A stretch of DNA of 64,000 bases from an uncultured Actinomycetota bacterium (GTDB lineage Bacteria; Actinomycetota; Actinomycetes; JAHEKZ01): NCBI GenBank assembly GCA_963743915.1, contig CAVURN010000002.1:1-64000 (forward strand). The letters run 5' to 3'. Numbering within the stretch: position 1 is the first letter of the stretch; each line of letters begins with the position of its first letter. Under the pieces are notes generated by a model, which saw nothing but the letters and a program-made list of their open reading frames with translations, ran no database searches and was not told the origin of the DNA. This document shows, one piece after another, positions 34,746 to 44,488 of the stretch. The position numbers were made by a program, and so were the translations under genes.

Positions 34746-35709
34746 ACCGCCTCATCAGCGGACCGCACAGCAGCGCCGTGATCCGCTGGCGCGAGGGCGG
34801 CATCTCGTGACGCCACTTCTCGTCCAACCGCAACGGCATCGGACCGGTGCGGAAGCGCACCCGCCCGCCGGTGGGCGCGTGGCTCACACCCGTGCGCACT
34901 CCGTCAGCACCGATGAAGTCGAGGGCACCGTCGTTCGCGGAGCGCCCGGTCAGCGCCAGCACGTCCTCCATCGACGCGCGTGGGTCGCTGACCATGTCCT
35001 CGTACCGCAGCACCGTGAGCGGAACACCCTGCTTGGCCAGTCGACCGATCATCAGGTTCACGGTGACCCACCGGCGTGCAATCTGCCGCATGGGTCGCTT
35101 CTTGAGGTGGTCGCGGGGGCCGGCACCTTCGGGCAGCGCGACCTCCCGGCTCCAGGAGTTGAGCACGCCGCGGGGGTCGCGGACGATGTGCACCACCCGA
35201 AGGGTGATGGCCGGGTCGGACGCCAGCAGGTACGCGGTGGAGGGGCGCTTGGTCGAGTCCACGACCACCTCGGCACCGGACGTGGCGGCCACGGCCGCGT
35301 ACACCCGTCGGGTCAGCTCGAGGTAGCGCTCGACCTTGGCCCGGTGCCCGGGGAGCAGCCGCCGGGCCCAGAACAGCGGCAGCGCACCGGTGGTGTCGAC
35401 GTCGTTCTGCAGACGCACCACCTCGGTCGCGTCGACGGAGTCCCACCCGCCGAAGGCGCGGTCGCCGACCTCGATCCAGAACGGGCAGGCCGAGAATGGC
35501 TCGCCGCATGCGCACAGCTGGTCACGCAGGACGCCCCCCTGCCACATGTAGAAGAGCTCACCCACGTCGCAGTGCCCGGGCAGCTGCCCCAGCAGCAGGT
35601 CGAGCAGGGTCGAGCCGCTCCGAGGCATCCCGCCGACGAACAGCACCTCGACCGGAGCAGCCTCTCGGGAGTCGTGGCCCTCGCCGCGGGGTGTCTCGGT
35701 CTCAGTCAT
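34732..35709 (-). CDS. PAPS-dependent sulfotransferase
   Basis: GMPRSGSTLL, VDSTK, HIVRDPRGVLNSW and LRYEDM motifs. Confidence 0.9.
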   Translation of the reverse strand: MTETETPRGEGHDSREAAPVEVLFVGGMPRSGSTLLDLLLGQLPGHCDVGELFYMWQGGVLRDQLCACGEPFSACPFWIEVGDRAFGGWDSVDATEVVRLQNDVDTTGALPLFWARRLLPGHRAKVERYLELTRRVYAAVAATSGAEVVVDSTKRPSTAYLLASDPAITLRVVHIVRDPRGVLNSWSREVALPEGAGPRDHLKKRPMRQIARRWVTVNLMIGRLAKQGVPLTVLRYEDMVSDPRASMEDVLALTGRSANDGALDFIGADGVRTGVSHAPTGGRVRFRTGPMPLRLDEKWRHEMPPSRQRITALLCGPLMRRYGYH

Positions 35710-35773
35710 CGTTCACACCTCGGGCGCAGAGCCGTGGTCCCGGCCACCGGAGGCGGCACAGGCGAGCGGGCGG

Positions 35774-37365
35774 TCACTTGGATCGGGCGGGGGTGTCCGT
35801 CGAGCGGGCCGCCTTGGGTGGCGGCTCGGTCTCTCCGGACGTCTTGCCGAAGTTCTGCAGTGCTTTGCTGAGCGGACGCTCAGCGACCTTAGGGTCCGCC
35901 TGTTCGGTGAAGCCGTCCTCCGACAGCGGTGTGTTGCGCTCGAGCAGATGCTGGCGACGCATGTCGACCGACACGGCGAAGACCGTGCGGGCCCGCGCCG
36001 TCTTGAGGCTCCGCAGGGTCTCGCCGACAGCGGACCGGGTGGCCTGCCCCAGGTGGACGAGCACCAGGACCACGTCGACGTGCCGGCACAGCATCGGCAG
36101 GTCGACGGTGGGGTCGTCGCTGGGAAGCCCGAGCACCACGAAGTCGTTGTCGGCGCGCAGCGCGTTGATCTGTGCCTGCAACCGCTCGGCGTTGATCTCA
36201 CCGTCGTAGACCAGCTCGGCATCGCGGTAGTTGAGGGTCCGCAGCACCCCACCGGAGGCCTGGGGTCCCACGCCTCGCAGGTTCTTCTCGTTGCTGATGT
36301 AGCTGGTGACGGCACCGCTGCGAGCCGCGGCCACCCCGAGCGCCCGGGAGATGCCGCCGGCGATGGAGGACGAGTTGGGGGCGACGACGAGCACCACCTC
36401 GGCCGCCTCGGGACCGTTGGCGCGCAGCGAGTGGTAGAGGGCCCGGACGTCGTAGTGGCGACTGTCCCGCCCGGCCCCGGCCCCCAGGACCACCTTGAGG
36501 TCGGCGAGCGGCGTCAGGCCGAAGATCCGGTCGATGTCAGCGCTGGCGTGGATCCGCTGGTCGACGCTCTCGCGCCACAGCGCGAGAGCGAGACCGATCA
36601 GCAGTCCGAGGAAGAGGGCGCTGGGAAGGACCAGCATCGGGTTCGGGTCGCGCGGCTTGGCCGGCTTCTGCGCCTCGTTGATGATGACGCCCGGCGACGC
36701 GATCGTGCCCCGGAGCGTCGCCAGGTCGGCGTTCAGTGTCTCGATCTGGGTCTTCAGCTCATCGCGCCTCTTGACCAGTGCGTCCCGGGCGTCGCCCGTG
36801 GCCGACCACCAGCTGCTCTTCGACCCGGCCGAGGTCAGCAGTGGTCGCGTCGATCTGATCGGTGATCTCGACGATCTGTTCGGCGATGGCACTGGTCGGC
36901 TGAGTCGCCACGGTAGGTGATGTACGCCTTGGCGAACGCATCTGCTCCCGCTTGTGCCTTCGCCGCGCTGGAGCCGGCGTACTCGATCTGGAGAATGGTG
37001 GTGTTCGGGGGCACGGTGACGGTGACCCGACGGGCCAGGGCGACGGGCTCCACGTCGCTCTCCACCAGCTCGGCGGTGACGAGCGTCCGCTGCGCCAGCT
37101 TGGCCACTGGCTCGGACTTGACGATCTGCGCCTCGGTGTCGAGGTTGATGCTGTCCGTGGTCCGGCTGCCCTCGGCGACGGACGCGGTCGAGGTGGGCAG
37201 GACCTGCACCTTGGCGGACGACACGTAGGTCTTCGGCGCCACCTGCAGGAAGGCGAGCCCCGCCGCGAAGCAGACGATCAGCGCGACCAGGACGACCAAC
37301 CAGCGCCGACGGACCACCGCCACGTAGTCCCCGAGCACCCGTCCGTGGACAGCCTTGTACTCCAT
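35774..37365 (-). CDS. Wzz/Wzc-like polysaccharide co-polymerase, two +1 frameshifts (near 36892 and 36805)
   Basis: DYVAVVRRRW TM1, Y.SSAKVQV, coiled coil, Pro motif and TM2, degenerate P-loop domain; three ORF pieces join after removing two bases. Confidence 0.8.
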
Positions 37366-37571
37366 CGTCCAGCCCCTCCCGGCCCTTTCGGGCGTCCGGC
37401 CATGAGATCGGCCCGGGTTTTCGCTCAGGCCCCCTGTGTCAGTCGAGGGTACCTCCCGCGCCCCCATGACCGGAGGACGCGGCACCACCACGTTCCGACG
37501 TCCGTCAGGTTAGGGGGGCGCCCCCACCCGAGGTGGGCTGGTCGGAGGGCGTTGGGCTGAACGGGCGACCC

Positions 37572-40463
37572 TCACCAGCCGGTGCGAAGCGTGGTCCCCA
37601 GCGCGTCGACGAAGGCGTCGGCAGCCTCGAGATCGATGCAGAGCGGCGGTTTGATCTTGAGCACGTTCATGAAGTCTCCCGTGGGTTGGACGATCACTCC
37701 CAGCTCTCGCATCCGCTCCCCGATGGCCAGCGCCTCCTCGGTGGCGGGCTCGAGGGTCTCGCGGTCACGCACGAGCTCGATCCCTCGATAGAGGCCCAGC
37801 CCGTGCACCGTCCCGATGAGCGGATGCTCCTCCGCGAGGGCCATGACGCGGTCGGCGATGTGCTGGCCCACCACCTTCGCGTTCTGCTGCAGGCCCTCCT
37901 GCTCGAGCGCGTCGAGCGTGGCGAGGGCCGCAGCGCAGCCGAGAGGTGAGCCACCCATCGAGCTGAAGAAGGATCCCTCGCTCCGCAGCTGCTCGGCGAT
38001 CTCTCGGGTGGTGACGACAGCTCCCACCGGTACCCCGTTCCCGGTGCACTTGGCCATCGTGACGATGTCAGGCACGACGCCCTGCTGCTCGAAGCCCCAG
38101 AAGTGCTCCCCGAGACGCCCGTACCCGACCTGCACCTCGTCGGCGACGGTGAGGCCGCCCGCGGCTCGGACCGAGGTGTACACCTGCTGCAGGTACCCGT
38201 CGGGGAGCAGGACGCCTCCGGCGTTCCCGTAGACCGGCTCGGCGATGTAGCCACCGATCCGTCCACCACCGTCGACGACCTCACCGATCGCGCGGTCGAC
38301 GTCCGCTGCGTACGCGGCTGCCGCGCCGTCCCCCGAGAACGGACCCCGGTACGGGTTGGGGGACTCGACCACGTGCACCCACGGGGGACGGTCGGACGCC
38401 CCGTGCGGGTTGTCGGCCAGTGACGTGGAGATCTCGTCGGTGCCCGTGGTCCATCCGTGGTAGGCGCTGCGGACCGCCAGCACGTCGCGGCTGCCGGTGG
38501 CTGCCCGGATCAGCCGCAGCGCCACCTCGTTGGCCTCGCTGCCGGTGCTGACGAGGAACACGCTGTCGAGGGGGTCGGGCAGCAGCGCCGCGAGGCGCTC
38601 GGCGAACTCCACCATCGACGCGTAGTGAAAGCGGGAGTTGGTGTTGATGAGCCGCAGCTGTCGACTCACCGCAGCCTCGACCCGGGGGTGGCTGTGGCCG
38701 ACGATCGTCACGTTGTTGACCATGTCGAGGTAGCGACGGCCGTCGGTGTCGAACATGTGGTGCCGGCGTCCCCGCTCGATGCGCGGGGGGTGGTCGTAGT
38801 AGTGCTCCTGTGCCCGTGCGAGGACCCGGTCACGACGGTTCAGCAGTCCGGCGGCGTCGTCGCCGGTCCTCTCGTCGGTCGGAAGGCCCAGCCAGGACGC
38901 CGGGTCGGCTGTCGCGTGGTGCCAGCCGGACGCGCGGGGAGACAGGAACGTCGGGGTGTGGTCGGGGTCGGCCACCAGGCAGACGCGCACCTGCGGCAGG
39001 TCACCCGTCACGGTGCCGAGTGGATCGCCGACCGACACCGAGGCGGCCCTGGTCGCCGAGGCGAGCGGGCCGATCACCGCGCGCCAGGTGTCGTCGACCA
39101 CCACGGAGACGGTCGACCCGTCGGCCCCGTCGGTCCATGAGGCGGTCCCCGAGCACGGTGCGGTGATCATTGTCCCCGCCGGCGCGAAGATCTCGACACC
39201 GGCGCTGACGCCGCCGTCACCCCGCTCGGCCAGCCTGCCCTCGTGGTGCCGTCCGATGCCCCATCCCTCCACCAGCTGGCCCCGGATCCCCGCGACGAGG
39301 TCCCACTCCTCGGGGTCGATGGTGTCGGCCGTCACGGCCTGGTCGACGACCGGCAGGTGGGCGGGGACCGCCACCATCGGCGCTGCGGCCGGGGGGAGCG
39401 AGGGCAGGCGGGGCGCCGGCAGACCGACGGCCTCGGCCAGGACGCCGTGCGCGGCACGCCACGGCACCGCACGTACCGAGCGCCAGATGAGCCAGTCGTC
39501 GGTGACCGAGCCCTGCACGTACTCATCGTCCGGCTCGAGCCGTGCCTGGTGCTCGCTGCTCGCCACGTTCGACGCCGCCCGTGCCACCACCAGTGGCCAC
39601 AGCGCGGCGATCTCGGCCTCGGTCAGTGGCAGCACGGCGTGGTAGCCGCGCAGCACGTCAGCGGTGACCGACAGTGCATCGTCCGGGTCGTGCCCGACGA
39701 GGGAGACGGTGGCCACCGCCACGTCACCGGCGATCCAGGTGCGCAGCATGTCGCCGAAGTCGATGAGCGCGTCGGGCCACGGCTGCCCGGCCTCGTTGCG
39801 CCGCGCGACCACGTTCACGTCCGTCACGTCGGAGTGGCAGACCCCGATGCGCAGCCCATCGGCGAGGGTGTCGATCGCCCGCTGTGCGCGGCCCATGGCG
39901 CGCTCCACCTCGGCGCGTCCGTCCGGGTCGGGGATGGAGGGGGCGAACGCGTCGACGACGTGCCCGGCCCTCCGGACGTCCCACTGCAGCACCCGGTCGA
40001 GCCCCGGGTGGTCGAAGTCGGCGAGTGCCACGGCGGCAGAGGCCGCGAGCCAGCCTTGTCGACGCAGCACCGGAGGCGCGAGGTAGTCGAAGTCGGCCAG
40101 CGGCTGGCCGTCGAGGTAGGTCACGAGCCGGACGTCGTGGTCGGTGCCGTCCCGGGAGACCGACCCGATGAGGTTGCCCCCCTTGTCAGGCAGGGGAACG
40201 GGGACACGGAACGGGACGTCGCGCTCCGACAGGTAGAGCATCGCCGCGTTCTGCGCCTGCAGCCCTTCATGGCTGAAGCCGGGGTTGGAGATCTTGAGGA
40301 TGAACCGACCCGAGGCGGCGTCCACCATGACGTTCTGGTCCTGGTGGCTGCCGAGGGATCGGAGCGGACCGCTCAGTCCGTAGCGCTCACCGAGCAGGGC
40401 TGCCACCTCGTCCAGGCTGAAGGCCGGGCTCGGGATCTCCATGCCCGCGAACGGGTTGCTCAA
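37572..40463 (-). CDS. APH-like kinase / class III aminotransferase fusion (hydroxylysine kinase plus phospho-lyase-like)
   Basis: LKIS, CHSDVTDVN and IDFGD kinase motifs; YLDMVNN, ADEVQVGYGR and TMAK PLP motifs. Confidence 0.88.
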   Translation of the reverse strand: MSNPFAGMEIPSPAFSLDEVAALLGERYGLSGPLRSLGSHQDQNVMVDAASGRFILKISNPGFSHEGLQAQNAAMLYLSERDVPFRVPVPLPDKGGNLIGSVSRDGTDHDVRLVTYLDGQPLADFDYLAPPVLRRQGWLAASAAVALADFDHPGLDRVLQWDVRRAGHVVDAFAPSIPDPDGRAEVERAMGRAQRAIDTLADGLRIGVCHSDVTDVNVVARRNEAGQPWPDALIDFGDMLRTWIAGDVAVATVSLVGHDPDDALSVTADVLRGYHAVLPLTEAEIAALWPLVVARAASNVASSEHQARLEPDDEYVQGSVTDDWLIWRSVRAVPWRAAHGVLAEAVGLPAPRLPSLPPAAAPMVAVPAHLPVVDQAVTADTIDPEEWDLVAGIRGQLVEGWGIGRHHEGRLAERGDGGVSAGVEIFAPAGTMITAPCSGTASWTDGADGSTVSVVVDDTWRAVIGPLASATRAASVSVGDPLGTVTGDLPQVRVCLVADPDHTPTFLSPRASGWHHATADPASWLGLPTDERTGDDAAGLLNRRDRVLARAQEHYYDHPPRIERGRRHHMFDTDGRRYLDMVNNVTIVGHSHPRVEAAVSRQLRLINTNSRFHYASMVEFAERLAALLPDPLDSVFLVSTGSEANEVALRLIRAATGSRDVLAVRSAYHGWTTGTDEISTSLADNPHGASDRPPWVHVVESPNPYRGPFSGDGAAAAYAADVDRAIGEVVDGGGRIGGYIAEPVYGNAGGVLLPDGYLQQVYTSVRAAGGLTVADEVQVGYGRLGEHFWGFEQQGVVPDIVTMAKCTGNGVPVGAVVTTREIAEQLRSEGSFFSSMGGSPLGCAAALATLDALEQEGLQQNAKVVGQHIADRVMALAEEHPLIGTVHGLGLYRGIELVRDRETLEPATEEALAIGERMRELGVIVQPTGDFMNVLKIKPPLCIDLEAADAFVDALGTTLRTGW

Positions 40464-40936
40464 CTGATGACCTCGTCGGTGCCACCGATGACGTGCAGCA
40501 CCGGGACGCTGACCTGCGCCCTCAGCTTGCTCGCCCAGTCGCGGCGCAGCAGGTCGCTGACGAGGTGCGGCTCGGTGACCACCCAGATCTCGTCGGAGCC
40601 CTCGGTGCTCACCGCGGCCGCCGTCGCCGGAACGGGGTGCCGCGGCGTCAGACCGCCGGTCGCCTCGACGCCCTGTGCCGCAAGCAGCTCGAGCGACTCG
40701 CGCAGGGCCTGGCGGGCCAGGAGAGCATCGGCCGCTGCGTCCTCGTCGGCGAGGTCACGCCGCAACTCGTCGAGGTCGACCCGTGCCACGTCGTCGACCA
40801 GCTGATCGACGCGGGACTGGTCGGACGTCTCGGGGACGAGCACGTGGACGGCAAGCTCGCCCTCGTGCCACTCCACGATGCGGGTGACGTCGTGCTCGGT
40901 CAGGGCGTTCTCGGTCAGGACCAGGAGTCGGCTCAC
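40460..40936 (-). CDS. Hypothetical USP-like alpha/beta protein
   Basis: EIWVVTEPH..RRDWASKLR..VPVLHV; translationally coupled to the next gene. Confidence 0.7.
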   Translation of the reverse strand: MSRLLVLTENALTEHDVTRIVEWHEGELAVHVLVPETSDQSRVDQLVDDVARVDLDELRRDLADEDAAADALLARQALRESLELLAAQGVEATGGLTPRHPVPATAAAVSTEGSDEIWVVTEPHLVSDLLRRDWASKLRAQVSVPVLHVIGGTDEVIS

Positions 40937-40950
40937 CACTCCATCTTGGC

Positions 40951-42027
40951 CTACCGCACGGTTCCTTCGCGCAGCACCTCGCTGACGTCGTAGGAGACCG
41001 GTCGGTCGAACTGCTCGAAGGTGCAGGACTCGGGTGTGCGGTCCGGCCGCCAGCGCACGAAACGCGGATTGTGCCGGAACCGGTCGCCCTGCAGCTGGTC
41101 GTACGCCACCTCGGCCACGAGCACCGGGCGCAGAGCCACGAACGACATGTCCTTCTTCGCGTTCCACCGGTTGATGCTGCCCGGGCGACGGACGCCGGCG
41201 GCATCGGCACGAGCCGGCTCCCAGGGGTGCTCGGCGAGGTCGGTGACGAGGGGAGCGAGCTCGTCGACCATGGCCCGCCGGACGGCCGCGGTGAAGGACC
41301 CGACCACGCCGATGTGGTGCAGCTGCCCCTGGTCGTCATGGACGCCGAGGAGCAGCGACCCGACTCCTTCGCCCGAGGAGTGCACGCGGTAGCCCGCAAC
41401 CACGCAATCTGCGGTCCGCAGGTGCTTGACCTTCGTCAGAGCGCGTTTGCCCGGCTGGTAGGGCTCGTCGAGCGGCTTGGCGACGACGCCGTCGAGCCCC
41501 GCGCCCTCGAACGACTCGAACCACCGTCGTGCCTCGGCCGGGTCGTCAGTGGCAGGAGTGAGGAAGAAGGGGGACTGCCACCCTGCGGCCACCCGCTCGA
41601 GACGACGGCGCCGCTCGGCGAACGGCTCCGCCGTGTGGACGCCATCGGCGTCCTCGAGCAGGTCGAAGGCGAGGAACCACGCAGGCGTCTGCTCCGCCAG
41701 CATCTGGACCCGTGAGGCTGCCGGGTGGATGCGCTGGCTCAGCACCTCGAAGTCGAGCGCGGCGCCGCGGGCGACCACCAGCTCACCGTCGAGCACGAGC
41801 GGGGACGAGAGGTGAGCACGGACGGCCTCCACCACCTCGGGGAAGTAGCGCGTCAGCGACTCCGAGCGTCCCGAGATCTCGACGTCGTCGCCGACGAACA
41901 GCAGGCAGCGGAAGCCGTCCCACTTGGGCTCGTAGAGGTACTCGCGCCCCTGGGTCGGCTCCGGGATCGTGCCGGCTGCCTTGGCGAGCATGGGAGCGAC
42001 CGGCGCGGTCAGCTGGGTGGACGTCAT
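40951..42027 (-). CDS. ligC: ATP-dependent DNA ligase, LigC type
   Basis: YEPKWDGFR, LDGEL, FDLL, GLDGVVAK, KVKH and WRPDR motifs. Confidence 0.92.
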   Translation of the reverse strand: MTSTQLTAPVAPMLAKAAGTIPEPTQGREYLYEPKWDGFRCLLFVGDDVEISGRSESLTRYFPEVVEAVRAHLSSPLVLDGELVVARGAALDFEVLSQRIHPAASRVQMLAEQTPAWFLAFDLLEDADGVHTAEPFAERRRRLERVAAGWQSPFFLTPATDDPAEARRWFESFEGAGLDGVVAKPLDEPYQPGKRALTKVKHLRTADCVVAGYRVHSSGEGVGSLLLGVHDDQGQLHHIGVVGSFTAAVRRAMVDELAPLVTDLAEHPWEPARADAAGVRRPGSINRWNAKKDMSFVALRPVLVAEVAYDQLQGDRFRHNPRFVRWRPDRTPESCTFEQFDRPVSYDVSEVLREGTVR

Positions 42028-42758
42028 GAGCGGTCGCGAAGGTAGTGGAGGAAGAGGGTGCCCTCGTGGTCGAGGACACCGTGCAGGGTGAGCGGCCGGT
42101 GCTCGGGCGGCGCGGAGGAGATCATGCGGGGCGAGTCCCCGCCCACGAGTCCTGGCGTGACGGTCACGGCGAGTTCGTCGAGCAGGTCGACGGCGGTCAG
42201 CGCGCCGAGCAGGTGGGGTCCGCCCTCGGTGAGGACTCGACGGAGGCCACGCTCGCCCAGGGCTTCGCGCGCCGCGGTCAGGTCGACGTCCTCGTCACCG
42301 CAGATGAGCACCTCGCTGACGTCGCGGAGGGCGGTGAGAGTGTCATCGGGGAGTCCCGCGCGGGTGATCACGAGCGTGGGGGTGGCGCCGCCGAAGACGC
42401 CGGCTGACGGGTCGAGGTCACCGCTGCGGGTCACCAGAGCCAGCCGGGGCGCGGGCGTCTGACCGGCGGCTGTCCGCAGGTGCGCGAACTCTGGCCGGAC
42501 ACGGGCGGGACCATAGCCCTCGGTCCGTGCCGTCCCTGCCCCGACGACGATCACGTCGGCGAGGGCGCGCTGCAGACCGAAGAGCTGCCAGTCGATCGCG
42601 TTCGAGATGCCTTCGGAGCGACCGTCGAGAGTCACCGCACCGTCGACGGACGTGACCATGTTCGCCCGTACCGCACCGTGCGAGGGATAGGCGTAGTGGG
42701 CGGCGAGGGCGTCGACGTCCAGGTCCTCCTGCACGGGGCCCGGAACCAGGCGTCTCAT
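42024..42758 (-). CDS. Pyrimidine reductase / RibD C-terminal domain protein
   Basis: RANMVTSVDG, ADVIVVGAGT and TEGGP motifs. Confidence 0.88.
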   Translation of the reverse strand: MRRLVPGPVQEDLDVDALAAHYAYPSHGAVRANMVTSVDGAVTLDGRSEGISNAIDWQLFGLQRALADVIVVGAGTARTEGYGPARVRPEFAHLRTAAGQTPAPRLALVTRSGDLDPSAGVFGGATPTLVITRAGLPDDTLTALRDVSEVLICGDEDVDLTAAREALGERGLRRVLTEGGPHLLGALTAVDLLDELAVTVTPGLVGGDSPRMISSAPPEHRPLTLHGVLDHEGTLFLHYLRDRS

Positions 42759-42810
42759 CCCTAGATCGTGGCAGAAGCAGCCGCGGACCGACGGCCTACC
42801 CTGTGACCTC

Positions 42811-43824
42811 GTGTCCTTCGTCCGGCTCGTCGACCGCGTCCCCGAGGTCACCTCGTCCGAGCTGGTCGCGACGCTTGTCCCGCCGCCGCTGTTCGCCGAG
42901 GTCTCCTTCGCGAGCTACCTGCCGGATCCGACGCAGCCGACGCAGACCGCCGCAGTGGCTGCTCTCCGGGCTTTCGCGGCGCGGATGTCGAGGGACCCCG
43001 AGCCACCCCGTTGGTGGCGGCGCGCACCGGCGCCGCCGGAGGGACGCAGCGGGATCTACCTCGACGGCGGGTTCGGGGTGGGCAAGACCCACCTGCTGGC
43101 CTCGCTGTGGCACGAGGCTCCCGGGCCGAAGGTGTTCGGCACCTTCGTCGAGCTGACCAACCTGGTGGGGGCGCTCGGGTTCGCGGACGCGGTCGACGTG
43201 CTGACGCAGCAACGCTTGGTCTGCATCGACGAGTTCGAGCTGGACGACCCCGGCGACACGATGGTGATGTCGACGTTGCTCCAGCGCCTCACCGACCGCG
43301 GCGTGATGCTCGCGGCCACCTCGAACACGTTGCCGGACCGGCTCGGTGAGGAGCGCTTCGCGGCGGCCGACTTCCTGCGGGAGATCCAGGCGCTGGCGGC
43401 GCACTTCGACGTGGTGCGCATCGACGGCGACGACTATCGGCACCGCGGAGCGCCAGAGGCTCCCGCGCCCGCCACGGGCGTCCAGCTGGAGCACGCCGCG
43501 GCCGCGGCGGAGATGGCTGCGGTCGACGACTTCGACGACCTGCTCGAGCACCTGGCGTCGCTGCACCCGAGTCGCTACGGAGCCCTGGTCGACGGCGTGG
43601 ACACCGTCGTCTGGCGCGGGGTGCGTCCCCTGCACGACCAGGCGGTGGCCCTGCGCTTCGTCGTGCTCGTGGACCGGCTCTACGACCGGAATGTCGCGGT
43701 GGTGGCAGGCGGCGCCCCGCTCGACACGGTGTTCAGCCCCGAGATGCTGTCCGGGGGCTATCGCAAGAAGTACTTCCGCGCGCTGTCGCGCCTCGTCGCG
43801 CTGGCTGAACGCTGGCCGGGGTGA
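42811..43824 (+). CDS. zapE: AFG1/ZapE family ATPase
   Basis: GIYLDGGFGVGKT Walker A, CIDEFE Walker B and ATSN. Confidence 0.9.
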   Translation: MSFVRLVDRVPEVTSSELVATLVPPPLFAEVSFASYLPDPTQPTQTAAVAALRAFAARMSRDPEPPRWWRRAPAPPEGRSGIYLDGGFGVGKTHLLASLWHEAPGPKVFGTFVELTNLVGALGFADAVDVLTQQRLVCIDEFELDDPGDTMVMSTLLQRLTDRGVMLAATSNTLPDRLGEERFAAADFLREIQALAAHFDVVRIDGDDYRHRGAPEAPAPATGVQLEHAAAAAEMAAVDDFDDLLEHLASLHPSRYGALVDGVDTVVWRGVRPLHDQAVALRFVVLVDRLYDRNVAVVAGGAPLDTVFSPEMLSGGYRKKYFRALSRLVALAERWPG

Positions 43825-44479
43825 GCGACGCAGCCTCCGGCCCCAATCGGGCCCAAAGCGCGTCGGTGAACACCTCCGAGGTGCTGAGCGTGCCGCTGCT
43901 GGGCAGCCCGGCCGCGGCGGCCGCATCTTCGACGCGGTCGGCGAGCACCCCCGGCGCGACCATGAGCGGCACCACGACGCTGTCGCGCGGGGCACGACCG
44001 ACCGACCCGGGGGAGTGCACCACCGTGACCGGTCCAGGCCTATGACCTGCCCAGCATCCGGCGAAGTCCTCGAACGGGGTCCGAGCCCCGGTGCGGGACG
44101 ACCCAGCGGTGACCAGGAGCACCCGGCTCGCCGGTGTGCCCCCGGCTGCCGCGACCAGGTCGTCGAGGACGCCCCCGAGCCACGGTCCGACCCCCAGGAA
44201 CCCGCGGGGGTCGAGTCGGACGTGGGTGGGCGCCTGAGCCAGCAGCCGGGGCAGGTCGACCCGTGCATGCAGGCCGGGCGAGAGGAAGAGCCCCAGGACG
44301 GGGACGGTGCTTGCTGGTGACGATCGGGCGAGCCACTGGTGCAGTGAGGGCTGGTCGTGCTCGAGGTATGCCACCTCGGTGGGGGCTCCCCGGTCGGTCA
44401 GCTGCGCGCTGAGGCTGCACATGGCGCGGGCGTGCCGGGGGTCGGGGGAGCCGTGGGCGACGAGCAGATGTCGCCTCAT
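43733..44479 (-). CDS. Sirohydrochlorin chelatase (SirB/CbiX family)
   Basis: VAHGSPDP, AYLE, GLHARVDLP and AGSS motifs; 3' end overlaps zapE. Confidence 0.8.
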   Translation of the reverse strand: MRRHLLVAHGSPDPRHARAMCSLSAQLTDRGAPTEVAYLEHDQPSLHQWLARSSPASTVPVLGLFLSPGLHARVDLPRLLAQAPTHVRLDPRGFLGVGPWLGGVLDDLVAAAGGTPASRVLLVTAGSSRTGARTPFEDFAGCWAGHRPGPVTVVHSPGSVGRAPRDSVVVPLMVAPGVLADRVEDAAAAAGLPSSGTLSTSEVFTDALWARLGPEAASLTPASVQPARRGATARGSTSCDSPRTASRG

Positions 44480-44488
44480 GGCGACCGG

